From: an uncultured Pseudomonadota bacterium
GTDB lineage: Bacteria; Oederibacteriota; Muellerivitia; Muellerivitales; Muellerivitaceae
Direction of reading: 5' to 3'
NCBI GenBank assembly: GCA_963770835.1
Contig: CAVYRH010000014.1
Span: 1 to 44,600 of the forward strand
DNA: 44,600 nucleotides
Below, in pieces: positions 27,708-36,553 of the stretch. The first letter of the stretch is position 1. Every line of letters starts with the position of its first letter. A program made the translations under genes and the position numbers. Below the pieces are notes generated by a model. It saw nothing but the letters and a program-made list of their open reading frames with translations, was not told where the DNA came from and searched no databases.

Positions 27708-27920
27708 AAGACGTTTCCATAAAAGCCGATGCCAGTGGCGGCCAGTTATCCATTCATTGAAAATAAGGAAACTGGCCATGTGCAAATTTCCTAATGTTTT
27801 TTTCAAGGTAAATTTGCCGAAGGATTGGCTATAAAATAAGGTTGCGCGTTCCAACCAATCTTTGGACGCGGATATAAATGCCGCCGAATTTGAGGATCGA
27901 AACTTTTCGATCGGGAAATA

Positions 27921-29579
27921 ATGAAAAAATTATCCGCCGCCCTCATCCTTTGCTTCTTCGCCATCCCCCTTTGGGCCGACAACTTCGACATGGCGGCCTA
28001 CCTTAAAAGCCTCAACCGCTACTACTTTTGCTTTTCCACAGTCGGCATCAAGAGTTTCCAGGCCCAGGCCTCGGTTTCCATTTCGGGCCAGCTTCCGAAG
28101 GGAATGGCCGGCGGCTGGCAGGGGTTCGACTGGCAGAACACCCATCCCCAGTTCGATTTTTCCTACGTCGGGTCGGGCGTCATGCCCATCATGACCTTTT
28201 CCTCCAACGGCGGCGATCCCTCGGCAACGCCCGAACGCATGCGCAAGCTCAGCAATATGGCCAATTCGATGCTGAAGCTTTGGGGGCTTTTCGTGGCCAC
28301 GCCCCTGTTCGATCCGCCGTCCTCCAAAACCAGCTACCAAATCGCCCAAAACAAGGGAGCGGCCTTCACGATCATCCAAAAAGGACCGAAAAGTTCCATG
28401 TCGGTGGATTACGACAGCCAGTCCTTAGCCAAGCGAATCACCTTTGAGGGGGTGCCGAACATCAAGGAGATCGACCTTCAGTTTTTCCCCACCTCCCAGG
28501 GGGCTCTTCCGGAACGCGTGGGGATGCAGATGAACGTGGGTCAGACCGGCATTCCGGTGGCGATGGATTTGGTCATCCAATACCAGTCGGTCCAGGGGTT
28601 CCAACTTCCGTCCCAAATCATCCTTTACCAACGCAGTCCCGGCCAGCTCTTCCAGGCCACCTTCACCCTGGCCAATTATGAGATCCAACGGGCCGACCAG
28701 CAGGCCCCCAGCCAGGACAACGGGGACACCCAGGTCGTTTCGACCACCTCCGAGAACCCGGGGGCCAAGCATTTTTTCTGGCGGGTGAAATCGCCCACGG
28801 CGACGGTTTACTTATTGGGTTCCATCCACGTGCGTCCCCATACGCCCCTTCAATTGCCGCAGGTGGTGGAGCAGGGGTTCGAGGCCTCGAATTACGTGGG
28901 TTTCGAGTTCGACCTGTCCAAACAGGAGGAAGTGGAAAGAGATTACCCCAATTATGTCGAGGACCATTTTTCCTATCCCCCGGGCGACGACCTCACCAAG
29001 CATTTGACCCTGGGCCAATGGAAGCTCCTCGAGATGATCGCCGCGAAAGTGAAGGTCCCGGAGGCCCAGATCCGGAAGTTGAAACCCTATATGGTGGACG
29101 ATTATTTGGGCCGAATAGGACAGATCAAGGGCCGCGAGGATTTGAAGAAAAACGGGATCGACATGATCTTCCTGCGCAAGGCCCAAAAGGCCAACAAGCC
29201 CGTCTTCGGCATGGAATATTGGTACGAGCCCTTCAAGGTCCTGGATAGTTTGCCCGAACCGGAACAAGTCTATTATCTTTTCGGCTCCTCAGCGGCCTCG
29301 AATAACCAAATCCGTTTTTTCGACGAAATCTTCGCCGATTGGAAAACTGGGAATACGGTGGACCTGGAATCCCTCACTTACAACGGGCTATCACTGGATG
29401 ATAAAGCCATCATGGATAAGATTGTCCTCCAGAGAAACCAGTATTGGATTCCGCAGATGGACCGCATCCTCCAGGGGACCGGCACTTATTTCATCGTGGT
29501 GGGAAGCGCCCATTTGGTCGGGCCCAACGGCCTGCCGAGCCTGCTCACTCAAAAGGGTTATACGGTGGAGCAATTGTAG
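27921..29579 (+). CDS. Secreted protein with unknown N-terminal domain and C-terminal TraB/GumN domain
   Basis: Signal peptide; FFWRV...VYLLGSIH, GID, GME, QRN..W, FIVVGSAHLVG..GL. Confidence 0.88.
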   Translation: MKKLSAALILCFFAIPLWADNFDMAAYLKSLNRYYFCFSTVGIKSFQAQASVSISGQLPKGMAGGWQGFDWQNTHPQFDFSYVGSGVMPIMTFSSNGGDPSATPERMRKLSNMANSMLKLWGLFVATPLFDPPSSKTSYQIAQNKGAAFTIIQKGPKSSMSVDYDSQSLAKRITFEGVPNIKEIDLQFFPTSQGALPERVGMQMNVGQTGIPVAMDLVIQYQSVQGFQLPSQIILYQRSPGQLFQATFTLANYEIQRADQQAPSQDNGDTQVVSTTSENPGAKHFFWRVKSPTATVYLLGSIHVRPHTPLQLPQVVEQGFEASNYVGFEFDLSKQEEVERDYPNYVEDHFSYPPGDDLTKHLTLGQWKLLEMIAAKVKVPEAQIRKLKPYMVDDYLGRIGQIKGREDLKKNGIDMIFLRKAQKANKPVFGMEYWYEPFKVLDSLPEPEQVYYLFGSSAASNNQIRFFDEIFADWKTGNTVDLESLTYNGLSLDDKAIMDKIVLQRNQYWIPQMDRILQGTGTYFIVVGSAHLVGPNGLPSLLTQKGYTVEQL

Positions 29580-29766
29580 TGGATGGAAAAGATGGCTTCT
29601 TTTTCGGGGCAGGCGAATGGGCCGCCCTTTCTTGCTTGTCCCCGTTTTTACCCAAAGTTCACGCATTCATTTGGATTTGCCCCATCTTTTTCGCCCCCGC
29701 TCCCTATCTATTTGGCCCCATTAAGAAGACCCTAGTGCCTTATCCAAGACAAGGAAAGAAGGCCCC

Positions 29767-30738
29767 ATGAAAGCCATCGTCTACACCGAATACGGATCAC
29801 CGGATGTTCTTCAACTGAAAGAGATCGAGAAGCCCATTCCGAAGGACGATCAGGTGCTGGTCAAAATCAAAGCGGCTTCCGTGAACGCTTTAGACTGGCA
29901 TTTTCTGAGGGCCGATCCCTTCGTGATGCGATTCTTTTCAGGGCTTTTAAAACCTAAAAAAACCATCCTCGGGGCGGACATCGCGGGAACGGTTGATTCG
30001 GTTGGAAGCAAGGTCCAACGGCTCAAACCCGGCGATGAGGTCTTCGGGAACCTGTTCTCTTCGGGTTTGGGTGGTTTCGCCGAGTACGCCTGCGGGCGTG
30101 AGGAAACGTTGGCGCTGAAACCAACTGCCCTCCCGTTTGAGGAAGCGGCGGCCGTGCCGGTGGCGGCCGTGACCGCCCTACAGGCCCTTCGCGACCATGG
30201 ACACATCCAGCGGGGGCAAAAGGTTTTGATCAACGGCGCGGCGGGCGGCGTGGGGACCTTCGCGGTGCAGATCGCCAAAGCCTTCGGGGCCGAGGTGACC
30301 GCCGTTTGCAGCCCGAGGAGTTTGGACATGGTGCGCTCGATCGGGGCGGACCATGTGATTGATTACACCAAGGAAGATTTCACCAAAAACGGGCAATCCT
30401 ATGACCTGATCCTCGCGGCCAACGGATACCACCCGATCTTGGATTACAAGCGCGCCTTAAGCCCCAGGGGAACTTATGTCATGTCCGGAGGTTCGGGGGC
30501 CCAAGCGGCCCAAGCCATGTTCTTGGGGCCGTGGATATCGATGACGGGAAATAAAAAGATGGCCAACATGATGGCGAAATCAAACCAAAAAGACCTGATT
30601 TTCCTGAAGGAAATGTTGGAGGACGGAAAGATCAAACCCGTCATCGACCGGCGTTATCCCTTAAGCGAGGTCGCGCAGGCCATCCGGTATCTTGAGGAAG
30701 GCCATGCCCGGGGAAAAGTGGTCATCACGGTTGAGTAA
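29767..30738 (+). CDS. MDR-family NAD(P)-dependent oxidoreductase (quinone oxidoreductase-like)
   Basis: MKAIVYTEYGSPDVL, GADIAG, INGAAGGVG, GHARGKVVI. Confidence 0.95.
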   Translation: MKAIVYTEYGSPDVLQLKEIEKPIPKDDQVLVKIKAASVNALDWHFLRADPFVMRFFSGLLKPKKTILGADIAGTVDSVGSKVQRLKPGDEVFGNLFSSGLGGFAEYACGREETLALKPTALPFEEAAAVPVAAVTALQALRDHGHIQRGQKVLINGAAGGVGTFAVQIAKAFGAEVTAVCSPRSLDMVRSIGADHVIDYTKEDFTKNGQSYDLILAANGYHPILDYKRALSPRGTYVMSGGSGAQAAQAMFLGPWISMTGNKKMANMMAKSNQKDLIFLKEMLEDGKIKPVIDRRYPLSEVAQAIRYLEEGHARGKVVITVE

Positions 30739-30770
30739 TGTGGAAGGGGCCGGCGTTTTTTCTAAGCGGG

Positions 30771-31133
30771 CTATCCCTTGACCGGTTGGACTGATTTCAC
30801 ACCGTCTTGGGTGCCTTCGGTGGGGAGCCCCGCCTCAAACCAGGCCTGGACGCCGCCGGGATAGTTTTCCACCGTGAATCCGTGGATCCGCATAGCATGG
30901 GCCGCGCTGGCGCCGTCCCAGCGGCTTAAGTGGTCTCCGTAGGTAATGAAGAATTTTTTCTTCCCGTGCTTCTTCTCGATTTCCTGGATGAAGCTGCTGT
31001 AATCCAGGGTCAAGGGGAGGCTCTGGGAGCCTTGGATGTGAAGCTTTTGGAAGTCCTGCTCGGGGAGGACATTTAGCAGCACCACGCCCTCCTCCTTCAT
31101 TTTCTCAAGTACTTCTTCTTTGGTGAGTGACAT
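30771..31133 (-). CDS. Rhodanese-like protein lacking the catalytic Cys
   Basis: LLNVL...HIQGS...ITYG...YPGGVQAW. Confidence 0.85.
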   Translation of the reverse strand: MSLTKEEVLEKMKEEGVVLLNVLPEQDFQKLHIQGSQSLPLTLDYSSFIQEIEKKHGKKKFFITYGDHLSRWDGASAAHAMRIHGFTVENYPGGVQAWFEAGLPTEGTQDGVKSVQPVKG

Positions 31134-31136
31134 TTT

Positions 31137-31514
31137 TCATTTCTCCTTGCGTCTAAGTGGGGCCTGCGCCGGCTCCGTGGCGTCCTGTTCCGTACGGCTG
31201 GTGGGCCAGCCCGCTTCGGACCAATCCTTGAGCCCGCCGGGATAGTTGTCCGCGTGAAAGCCTTGGACCATCAACAGCTTCGCCGCGTTCATCCCCAAGG
31301 TGCCGTTTTTATCCGCGCCATAGGTGATGAGGTAAGTTTGTTTGCCAAATCTCCTCGCCGCAGCGGTCTCGAAGGCGCGGACGTTAGGGCCCAGGGCCAG
31401 GCTTTGGGAGTCCTTGATGTGAAGCCTGTCGAAATCCTCCAGCGGCAACACGTTCACCAGGACGACGGCGGGGTCTTTCATTTTTTCGAGAACTTCTTCT
31501 TTCGTGAGGGGCAT
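31137..31514 (-). CDS. Rhodanese-like protein lacking the catalytic Cys (tandem paralogue)
   Basis: MPLTKEEVLEKMK aligns with the neighbour's start; HIKDS, ITYG, YPGGLKDW. Alternative start 31562. Confidence 0.85.
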   Translation of the reverse strand: MPLTKEEVLEKMKDPAVVLVNVLPLEDFDRLHIKDSQSLALGPNVRAFETAAARRFGKQTYLITYGADKNGTLGMNAAKLLMVQGFHADNYPGGLKDWSEAGWPTSRTEQDATEPAQAPLRRKEK

Positions 31515-31571
31515 AGGGTGCTTCTTTCCGGGCGGCTGTTTCTTTTTCCCTGCCTCTACCATAGGCCTTTT

Positions 31572-31598
31572 TAACTTTAATTGTTTGGTTTAAAGTTA
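31572..31598. promoter_or_regulatory. Candidate operator TAACTTTAA-N9-TTAAAGTTA
   Basis: Perfect 9-bp inverted repeat in the divergent gap upstream of the rhodanese pair. Confidence 0.4.
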
Positions 31599-31758
31599 GT
31601 TTAATTGAGGAATCTTGGGCATCCGATGCTTTTTCGTGCTTTCATGGGTCGGGGATATCCCCCTTCGGTTGCCGGCCAAACCTTTATGACGAAACAATCC
31701 CAGTTGAATTAAGCCTTGTAGAATATTGGCCTAATCCCATTTCCTACAGGAGCCTTCG

Positions 31759-32256
31759 ATGCCCGAAATCAAAAAAGCCTATGTCACCATCATGGTGGCC
31801 GACCTGGACAAGGCGGTGGATTTCTATACCCATGTCCTGGGGATGTACGAAGACCTGCGTTTCGGGGATAACTGGGCCGAGATGGTCATCCAAGGCATCA
31901 CCATCGGACTGCATCCCCAAAGAAAGGGGGTTCAGTCTGATGCCGCGGCCTTAATGGGTTGGGGCGCCCTGGCGGATCATCAACAAGACCGGTCCAATTC
32001 GGGTGCCGTCCCAAGTTCCGGCGCCTTGGCCGGGCACAACCAAAGCACGCCCCCCGGCGTGAGGGCCGGGGGACAGGTGCCCCCATCGCACCACATCCAA
32101 CTGTCCATCGGGTTCGAGGTGGCGGATATTCGCACCACCGCCAAAGAGATGGAAGCCAAGGGTGTGAAGTTCCACTTTCAAGAGAACGAGGTAAATATAC
32201 TGGCCTTCTTCAAGGATCCGGACGACACTCCCCTCTACCTCACACAAGTTCGTTAA
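31759..32256 (+). CDS. VOC/glyoxalase-family protein with an in-frame insertion
   Basis: VTIMVADLDKAVDFYTHVLG, IGLH, SIGFEVAD, FFKDPD; about 50 extra aa between GLHP and LSIGF. Confidence 0.88.
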   Translation: MPEIKKAYVTIMVADLDKAVDFYTHVLGMYEDLRFGDNWAEMVIQGITIGLHPQRKGVQSDAAALMGWGALADHQQDRSNSGAVPSSGALAGHNQSTPPGVRAGGQVPPSHHIQLSIGFEVADIRTTAKEMEAKGVKFHFQENEVNILAFFKDPDDTPLYLTQVR

Positions 32257-32266
32257 GGAGGTTTAC

Positions 32267-32461
32267 ATGCCATCCTGCTTGGGATGTGGAAAAGAAATGG
32301 CGGAGGTTTCCCGGAAGGTCATCAAGGGGGAAGGAGCCAAGGGGAGGCCCAATTACAAGGCCACTTACCAATGCACCAACGACGCCTGCAAGGAAAAGGG
32401 CCAAAAGAAAGGCTTCCTTGATGACGGCTTGATGTTCATCCCGCTTCCGGACGGAAGATGA
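32267..32461 (+). CDS. Small zinc-ribbon-like protein (64 aa)
   Basis: AGGAGG RBS; CLGC...YQCTNDAC four-Cys pattern. Confidence 0.7.
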   Translation: MPSCLGCGKEMAEVSRKVIKGEGAKGRPNYKATYQCTNDACKEKGQKKGFLDDGLMFIPLPDGR

Positions 32462-33887
32462 GCGCGGGGGCGGTTCCCAGAAGATATCCAATGACATCCG
32501 CGGCGGAATAAGAAGTCCGGGTTCCCTTGAGAAATAAGGCGATCCGGGGCAGGTCGTCGCCGGAAGTCACCAGGGGTTTTTCCGTATACCCGCCTTTTTG
32601 CTCCTGTTCCAGGCCGACGGCGGCGATTAGGCCGTTGCAAATGCATTTTCTCCCATGGGTCTCCTCCGACTTGCCGTCCTTTTGAAGGAAGGTTTCCACC
32701 GGTTCACTGCCGCAACGGTAGCCTATCGAGCCGTCTTCCCGCTTATAGGTTGTCCGCAATAACCCCAGGTCGCAAATGCGGGGACGGGCGGCGTAATCCT
32801 CCGGCTCCGACAGCGTTCCTTCCAACCGGGCCACCTTGAAGGGAAAACCCGTGGGTGAGGCCACCGGGTCGGTGAAAACCTCCGCCTGCCCATCCAAGGT
32901 TTTTTTAAACGCCTTTTGTTTGACGCTGTCCGTAAAACCGGATTCCTCGCAATAGGCGAAGAGGGTTCCCGCTTGGATTCCGGCGGCGCCCTGCGACAGG
33001 GCTTCCTTCACTTTTTGGGGGTCGCCATAGGACCCGGCCAGCCAGAAAGGCAGGCCCAATTCGCGGAAAACGGTCAAGTCCACTTCGTCCTTGGAGCCGT
33101 AAAGGGGTTCGCCCTTTTCGTTCAATTGAAGGGGGCCCCGGGGCGGAGCGTTGTGCCCGCCGGCGGTCGGCCCCTCGATGACGAATCCGTCCACGCGGCC
33201 AGTGGCTTTCTTGACCAGGTTGACCGCCAATACACTGGAGGAAACGATGGCGAGGAATTTGGGCCGTTTCAAGGGAGCGGGGCTCGGGTTAAGGATGGTC
33301 TTCGGATCAAAGGAGGTGTGGTAATCATCCTCCGACGCAGCTCCCCGCACGTTGAGCTTGAGTGAAACCTCTCCATGCGCGCTGAGCCGGTCGAGGAGCG
33401 CTGGGATGGCCCGGGGAATCCCCGCCCCCATGCAGACATAATCCACCCCGGCCAAAAGGGCCCCATAAAGGGAAGGAAGGGTGGGAAGTTGGATTTTCTC
33501 CAAATAGTTGACCCCCACCAAACCCGCATGACCTTCCTTGGCCAGGTAGATTTCCACGAAGTTGGCCGCGCAGGTGAGTTCCAAAAGCGCCGTGGGCGGG
33601 TTGTAAGAATACATGGGAGCGTTCTTGAAAGGCGTCCCTTTGGGTTTGCCGCCCGGGATGAAATAGCGTTTTAAAATCCTTTGGGCTGCCTCCGGATTTG
33701 GGAAATGCGCCAGCGCCCGCCGCATGTGGCCTTCCGGGTCCCCTAGTTGAAGCCGCCGGGCCAATATGGCGTCGAGGATGGTGCCCGAGACCACGCCTAA
33801 CTGTCCCGCGAGGGAAACGGCCCGGGCCAACTTCCAATTGGAAACGCCGATTCCCATCCCGCCTTGGATAATCACCGGTTCGGGCAT
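32436..33887 (-). CDS. Nitronate monooxygenase / 2-nitropropane dioxygenase-like FMN enzyme
   Basis: PVIIQGGMGIGVS, MGAGIP, EGPTAGGH, GIQAGT; C-terminal Cys cluster. Confidence 0.9.
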   Translation of the reverse strand: MPEPVIIQGGMGIGVSNWKLARAVSLAGQLGVVSGTILDAILARRLQLGDPEGHMRRALAHFPNPEAAQRILKRYFIPGGKPKGTPFKNAPMYSYNPPTALLELTCAANFVEIYLAKEGHAGLVGVNYLEKIQLPTLPSLYGALLAGVDYVCMGAGIPRAIPALLDRLSAHGEVSLKLNVRGAASEDDYHTSFDPKTILNPSPAPLKRPKFLAIVSSSVLAVNLVKKATGRVDGFVIEGPTAGGHNAPPRGPLQLNEKGEPLYGSKDEVDLTVFRELGLPFWLAGSYGDPQKVKEALSQGAAGIQAGTLFAYCEESGFTDSVKQKAFKKTLDGQAEVFTDPVASPTGFPFKVARLEGTLSEPEDYAARPRICDLGLLRTTYKREDGSIGYRCGSEPVETFLQKDGKSEETHGRKCICNGLIAAVGLEQEQKGGYTEKPLVTSGDDLPRIALFLKGTRTSYSAADVIGYLLGTAPALIFRPEAG

Positions 33888-34097
33888 CCGTTACTCCTTC
33901 ATTCTTTTGTGAGACGCCCGCCCGGTTCGTGGAAAGGGCCGGGGAGCGTCCGATGTTTTGAACTTGATCGGAAAGGATAAATGTACCAGCCGGAAGGAGC
34001 GCAGCTTGATTTATTTAATCGAAATAGCCTTTTTTCCACCCGGGGGGTTGATGGCGGGTCTTTGCACCCGCACTAATAATGTCGCAGGTCACCCAGC

Positions 34098-34748
34098 ATG
34101 CCGGTAGTACCCCTTTATAGGACTTCGCCGATGGTTTCTTTCCCCAAAATCCGTTTCCTCACCACTTGGTTTGTCCACCTTTATTGGCGGACGAAAGTTT
34201 ATGGTGAAGAAAACATTCCTTCGGCGGGCCCCTTCGTGGTCGTGGCCAACCACGCGAGCCTCCTGGACCCCTATTTAATCGACTGGGCCAGCAAAAAAAG
34301 GGAACTCTACTTCATGGCGAAGGCGGAACTCTTCCGGAACCCGTTCTTCGGCTGGTTCCTCAGGCAATGCAACGCCTTCCCCGTTAAAAGGGGAGTGATC
34401 GACGAGGAAGCCATTAAAACTTTTCACGACATCCTGGCTTCGGGAAAACCGGTGGGCCTTTTCCCCGAGGGGACCCGGACCGTGGACGGGGAAACCCAGC
34501 CGGGCAAAAAGGGCTCGGGGATGCTGGTTTATAACGCCAAGGTTCCGGTCGTCCCCGCTTATATCGCGGGAACCTTCCAATGCTTCCCCAAGGGCAAGTC
34601 GTGGCCCAGGCCGGGACACACCTCCATCACTTTTGGCCCGGCCCTTTCACTGGATGATCTTTACCGCGAGAAGGCCGAGAAACCCACTTACCGCAAAGTC
34701 GCCGACCGGTTGATGGAAGGCATCGACCGGCTCCGGCCCCAAGGCTAA
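34098..34748 (+). CDS. plsC: 1-acyl-sn-glycerol-3-phosphate acyltransferase
   Basis: NHASLLD, FMAKAELF, FPVKRG, FPEGTR. Start may be ATG 34131. Confidence 0.9.
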   Translation: MPVVPLYRTSPMVSFPKIRFLTTWFVHLYWRTKVYGEENIPSAGPFVVVANHASLLDPYLIDWASKKRELYFMAKAELFRNPFFGWFLRQCNAFPVKRGVIDEEAIKTFHDILASGKPVGLFPEGTRTVDGETQPGKKGSGMLVYNAKVPVVPAYIAGTFQCFPKGKSWPRPGHTSITFGPALSLDDLYREKAEKPTYRKVADRLMEGIDRLRPQG

Positions 34749-34895
34749 AACACCCGTTTGCTCGGGTTTATAACCATTTACTTCGGCGCATCAAAAAGTT
34801 ACCTACAACGAAGAGTCCCTCACACCGTGGCGAATAGCAGGGGGATTTGGTGAGCTAAGTTGAAACGGCCGTTTCCGGTTGATATCCTCAGTGCC

Positions 34896-35531
34896 ATGAA
34901 AGCATCAAAGCCCCTCGATCCTATTGAATTGAAAGGCAAATACGTTCACCTGATCCCATTAAGCCTGGATCACGCCCAAGGATTGGCGGAAGCCGCCAAT
35001 ATTTCGAGAAAAACTTATCGCTACACCATGGTGCCTTCGGACCTGGAGCAGGCCCAAAAATATATTCAAAATGCCCTCGATTTATACCGGAAGGGTTCCG
35101 CGCTGCCCTTTGCGATTACGGAGAAATCCAGCGGAAAAACCGTGGGGTCAACCCGGTTTTTGAACATTGAATTTTGGGAATTCCCGGAAGGGCATGTATT
35201 GTGGAAGCCGGAGAGTGTTCCGCATGTGGTGGAGATCGGCGCAACTTGGCTCGGCGAGCCCTATCAGCGGTCGGGAATCAACACGGACGCCAAACTTTGC
35301 CTGCTGACCCACGCCTTCGAGGAGTGGAAAGTCTTACGCGTGGCGCTTAAGACCGATGCCAGAAACACCCAATCACGCGCCAACATCGAGCGCATCGGCG
35401 CCAAGTTTGACGGGGTGGTGCGTGCCCATATGCCGAGTTTTGACGGCGGCATCCGCGATACGGCTTTTTATTCCATCCTTCGGGAAGAATGGCCGGAATT
35501 GAAAAATCGCCTTCAGTCCAAACTTCGATAG
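34896..35531 (+). CDS. RimJ/RimL-type GNAT acetyltransferase
   Basis: VGSTRF, VEIGATWL, HAFEEW, KTDARNTQSRANIERIGAKFDG. Confidence 0.92.
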   Translation: MKASKPLDPIELKGKYVHLIPLSLDHAQGLAEAANISRKTYRYTMVPSDLEQAQKYIQNALDLYRKGSALPFAITEKSSGKTVGSTRFLNIEFWEFPEGHVLWKPESVPHVVEIGATWLGEPYQRSGINTDAKLCLLTHAFEEWKVLRVALKTDARNTQSRANIERIGAKFDGVVRAHMPSFDGGIRDTAFYSILREEWPELKNRLQSKLR

Positions 35532-35564
35532 GTTTTTGAGGAATGACGGTTAGAAAGGAAAACT

Positions 35565-36395
35565 ATGAAACAGTGTCAGCGAGTTAAATCCTTGAAGATG
35601 GCTCTCCTTTTTTGGTTAACACTCTTGGCGGTTTTGGGGCTTCTGGGCCGACCCTCGGCAGCCGGGGTCCCTGCGGATCAACCGGTGGCCCGGACCGATC
35701 AAAATTCCATGACTGCCCATGCCCAATTGCTGGAGAAGGCCAAGAAGGGCGGCATTGATGTTTATTTCGAGGGCGATTCCATCGCGCGCCGGTGGGGGGC
35801 CACCGATTATCCCGAATTCCTGGCCAACTGGAACGAAACTTTCCACGGCTGGAACGCGGCGGATTTCGGGTGGGGGGCTGACGCCCTGGAAAACATCCTC
35901 TGGCGGTTAGAACACGGGGAACTGGACGGGATAAATCCGAAGGTGGTTGTGCTCCTGGCCGGCACCAACAACATCGGCGATAAAACCGCCACTGGAAGCG
36001 AGGAGGAAAGGGCGGAGGATATCCTCAAGGGGTTCAAGGCCATCCTTCACGTCATCCAGGCCAAGGCTCCCGGGGCTGTGATCATCCTGACCGCGATCTT
36101 TCCACGCAACGACAACATGGCCTATGTTCCCCTGATCTACAAGGTCGACGAAAGATTGCCCCAATTGGCCGACGGGAAGAAGATTCTGTTCCTGAACATC
36201 AACGACAAGCTGGCGGATAAAGACGGAAAGCTGTACGAGGGCCTGATGATGAGTGACCACATCCATCCCGTTCTCAAGGGCTACCAGGTTTGGGCGGAGG
36301 CGTTAAAACCCATCCTCACCCAATTACTCGGCCCCCCGGGGAAAGAAGACCACGCCACGCCCCCCACCGGGGACCCCTCCGCTCACCATCCCTAG
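35565..36395 (+). CDS. Secreted SGNH/GDSL hydrolase (acetylesterase-like)
   Basis: GDSI block I, AGTNN block III, DHIHP block V; signal peptide. Confidence 0.92.
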   Translation: MKQCQRVKSLKMALLFWLTLLAVLGLLGRPSAAGVPADQPVARTDQNSMTAHAQLLEKAKKGGIDVYFEGDSIARRWGATDYPEFLANWNETFHGWNAADFGWGADALENILWRLEHGELDGINPKVVVLLAGTNNIGDKTATGSEEERAEDILKGFKAILHVIQAKAPGAVIILTAIFPRNDNMAYVPLIYKVDERLPQLADGKKILFLNINDKLADKDGKLYEGLMMSDHIHPVLKGYQVWAEALKPILTQLLGPPGKEDHATPPTGDPSAHHP

Positions 36396-36553
36396 GGGAA
36401 AAGTTCTCATGTTACCCCGTGAAAACAAAAGTTAAAAATACTCCCCTGGGGAACAAACTCCATTTACGGTTGCCTATTCAAGGGAAGAATGCCAAGCTTT
36501 TCCGCGGGTTTGCGCAGCGAAATATCCGGCCAACCATTGCGAGGTATTCGGTT

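Noticed and set aside
7248..27854. Long alternative-frame ORFs (e.g. 7248-8057, 16108-16932, 19929-20798, 20829-21980, 26919-27854)
   Set aside because: They are shadow or antisense frames of well-supported genes in GC-rich DNA, with no motifs or RBS.
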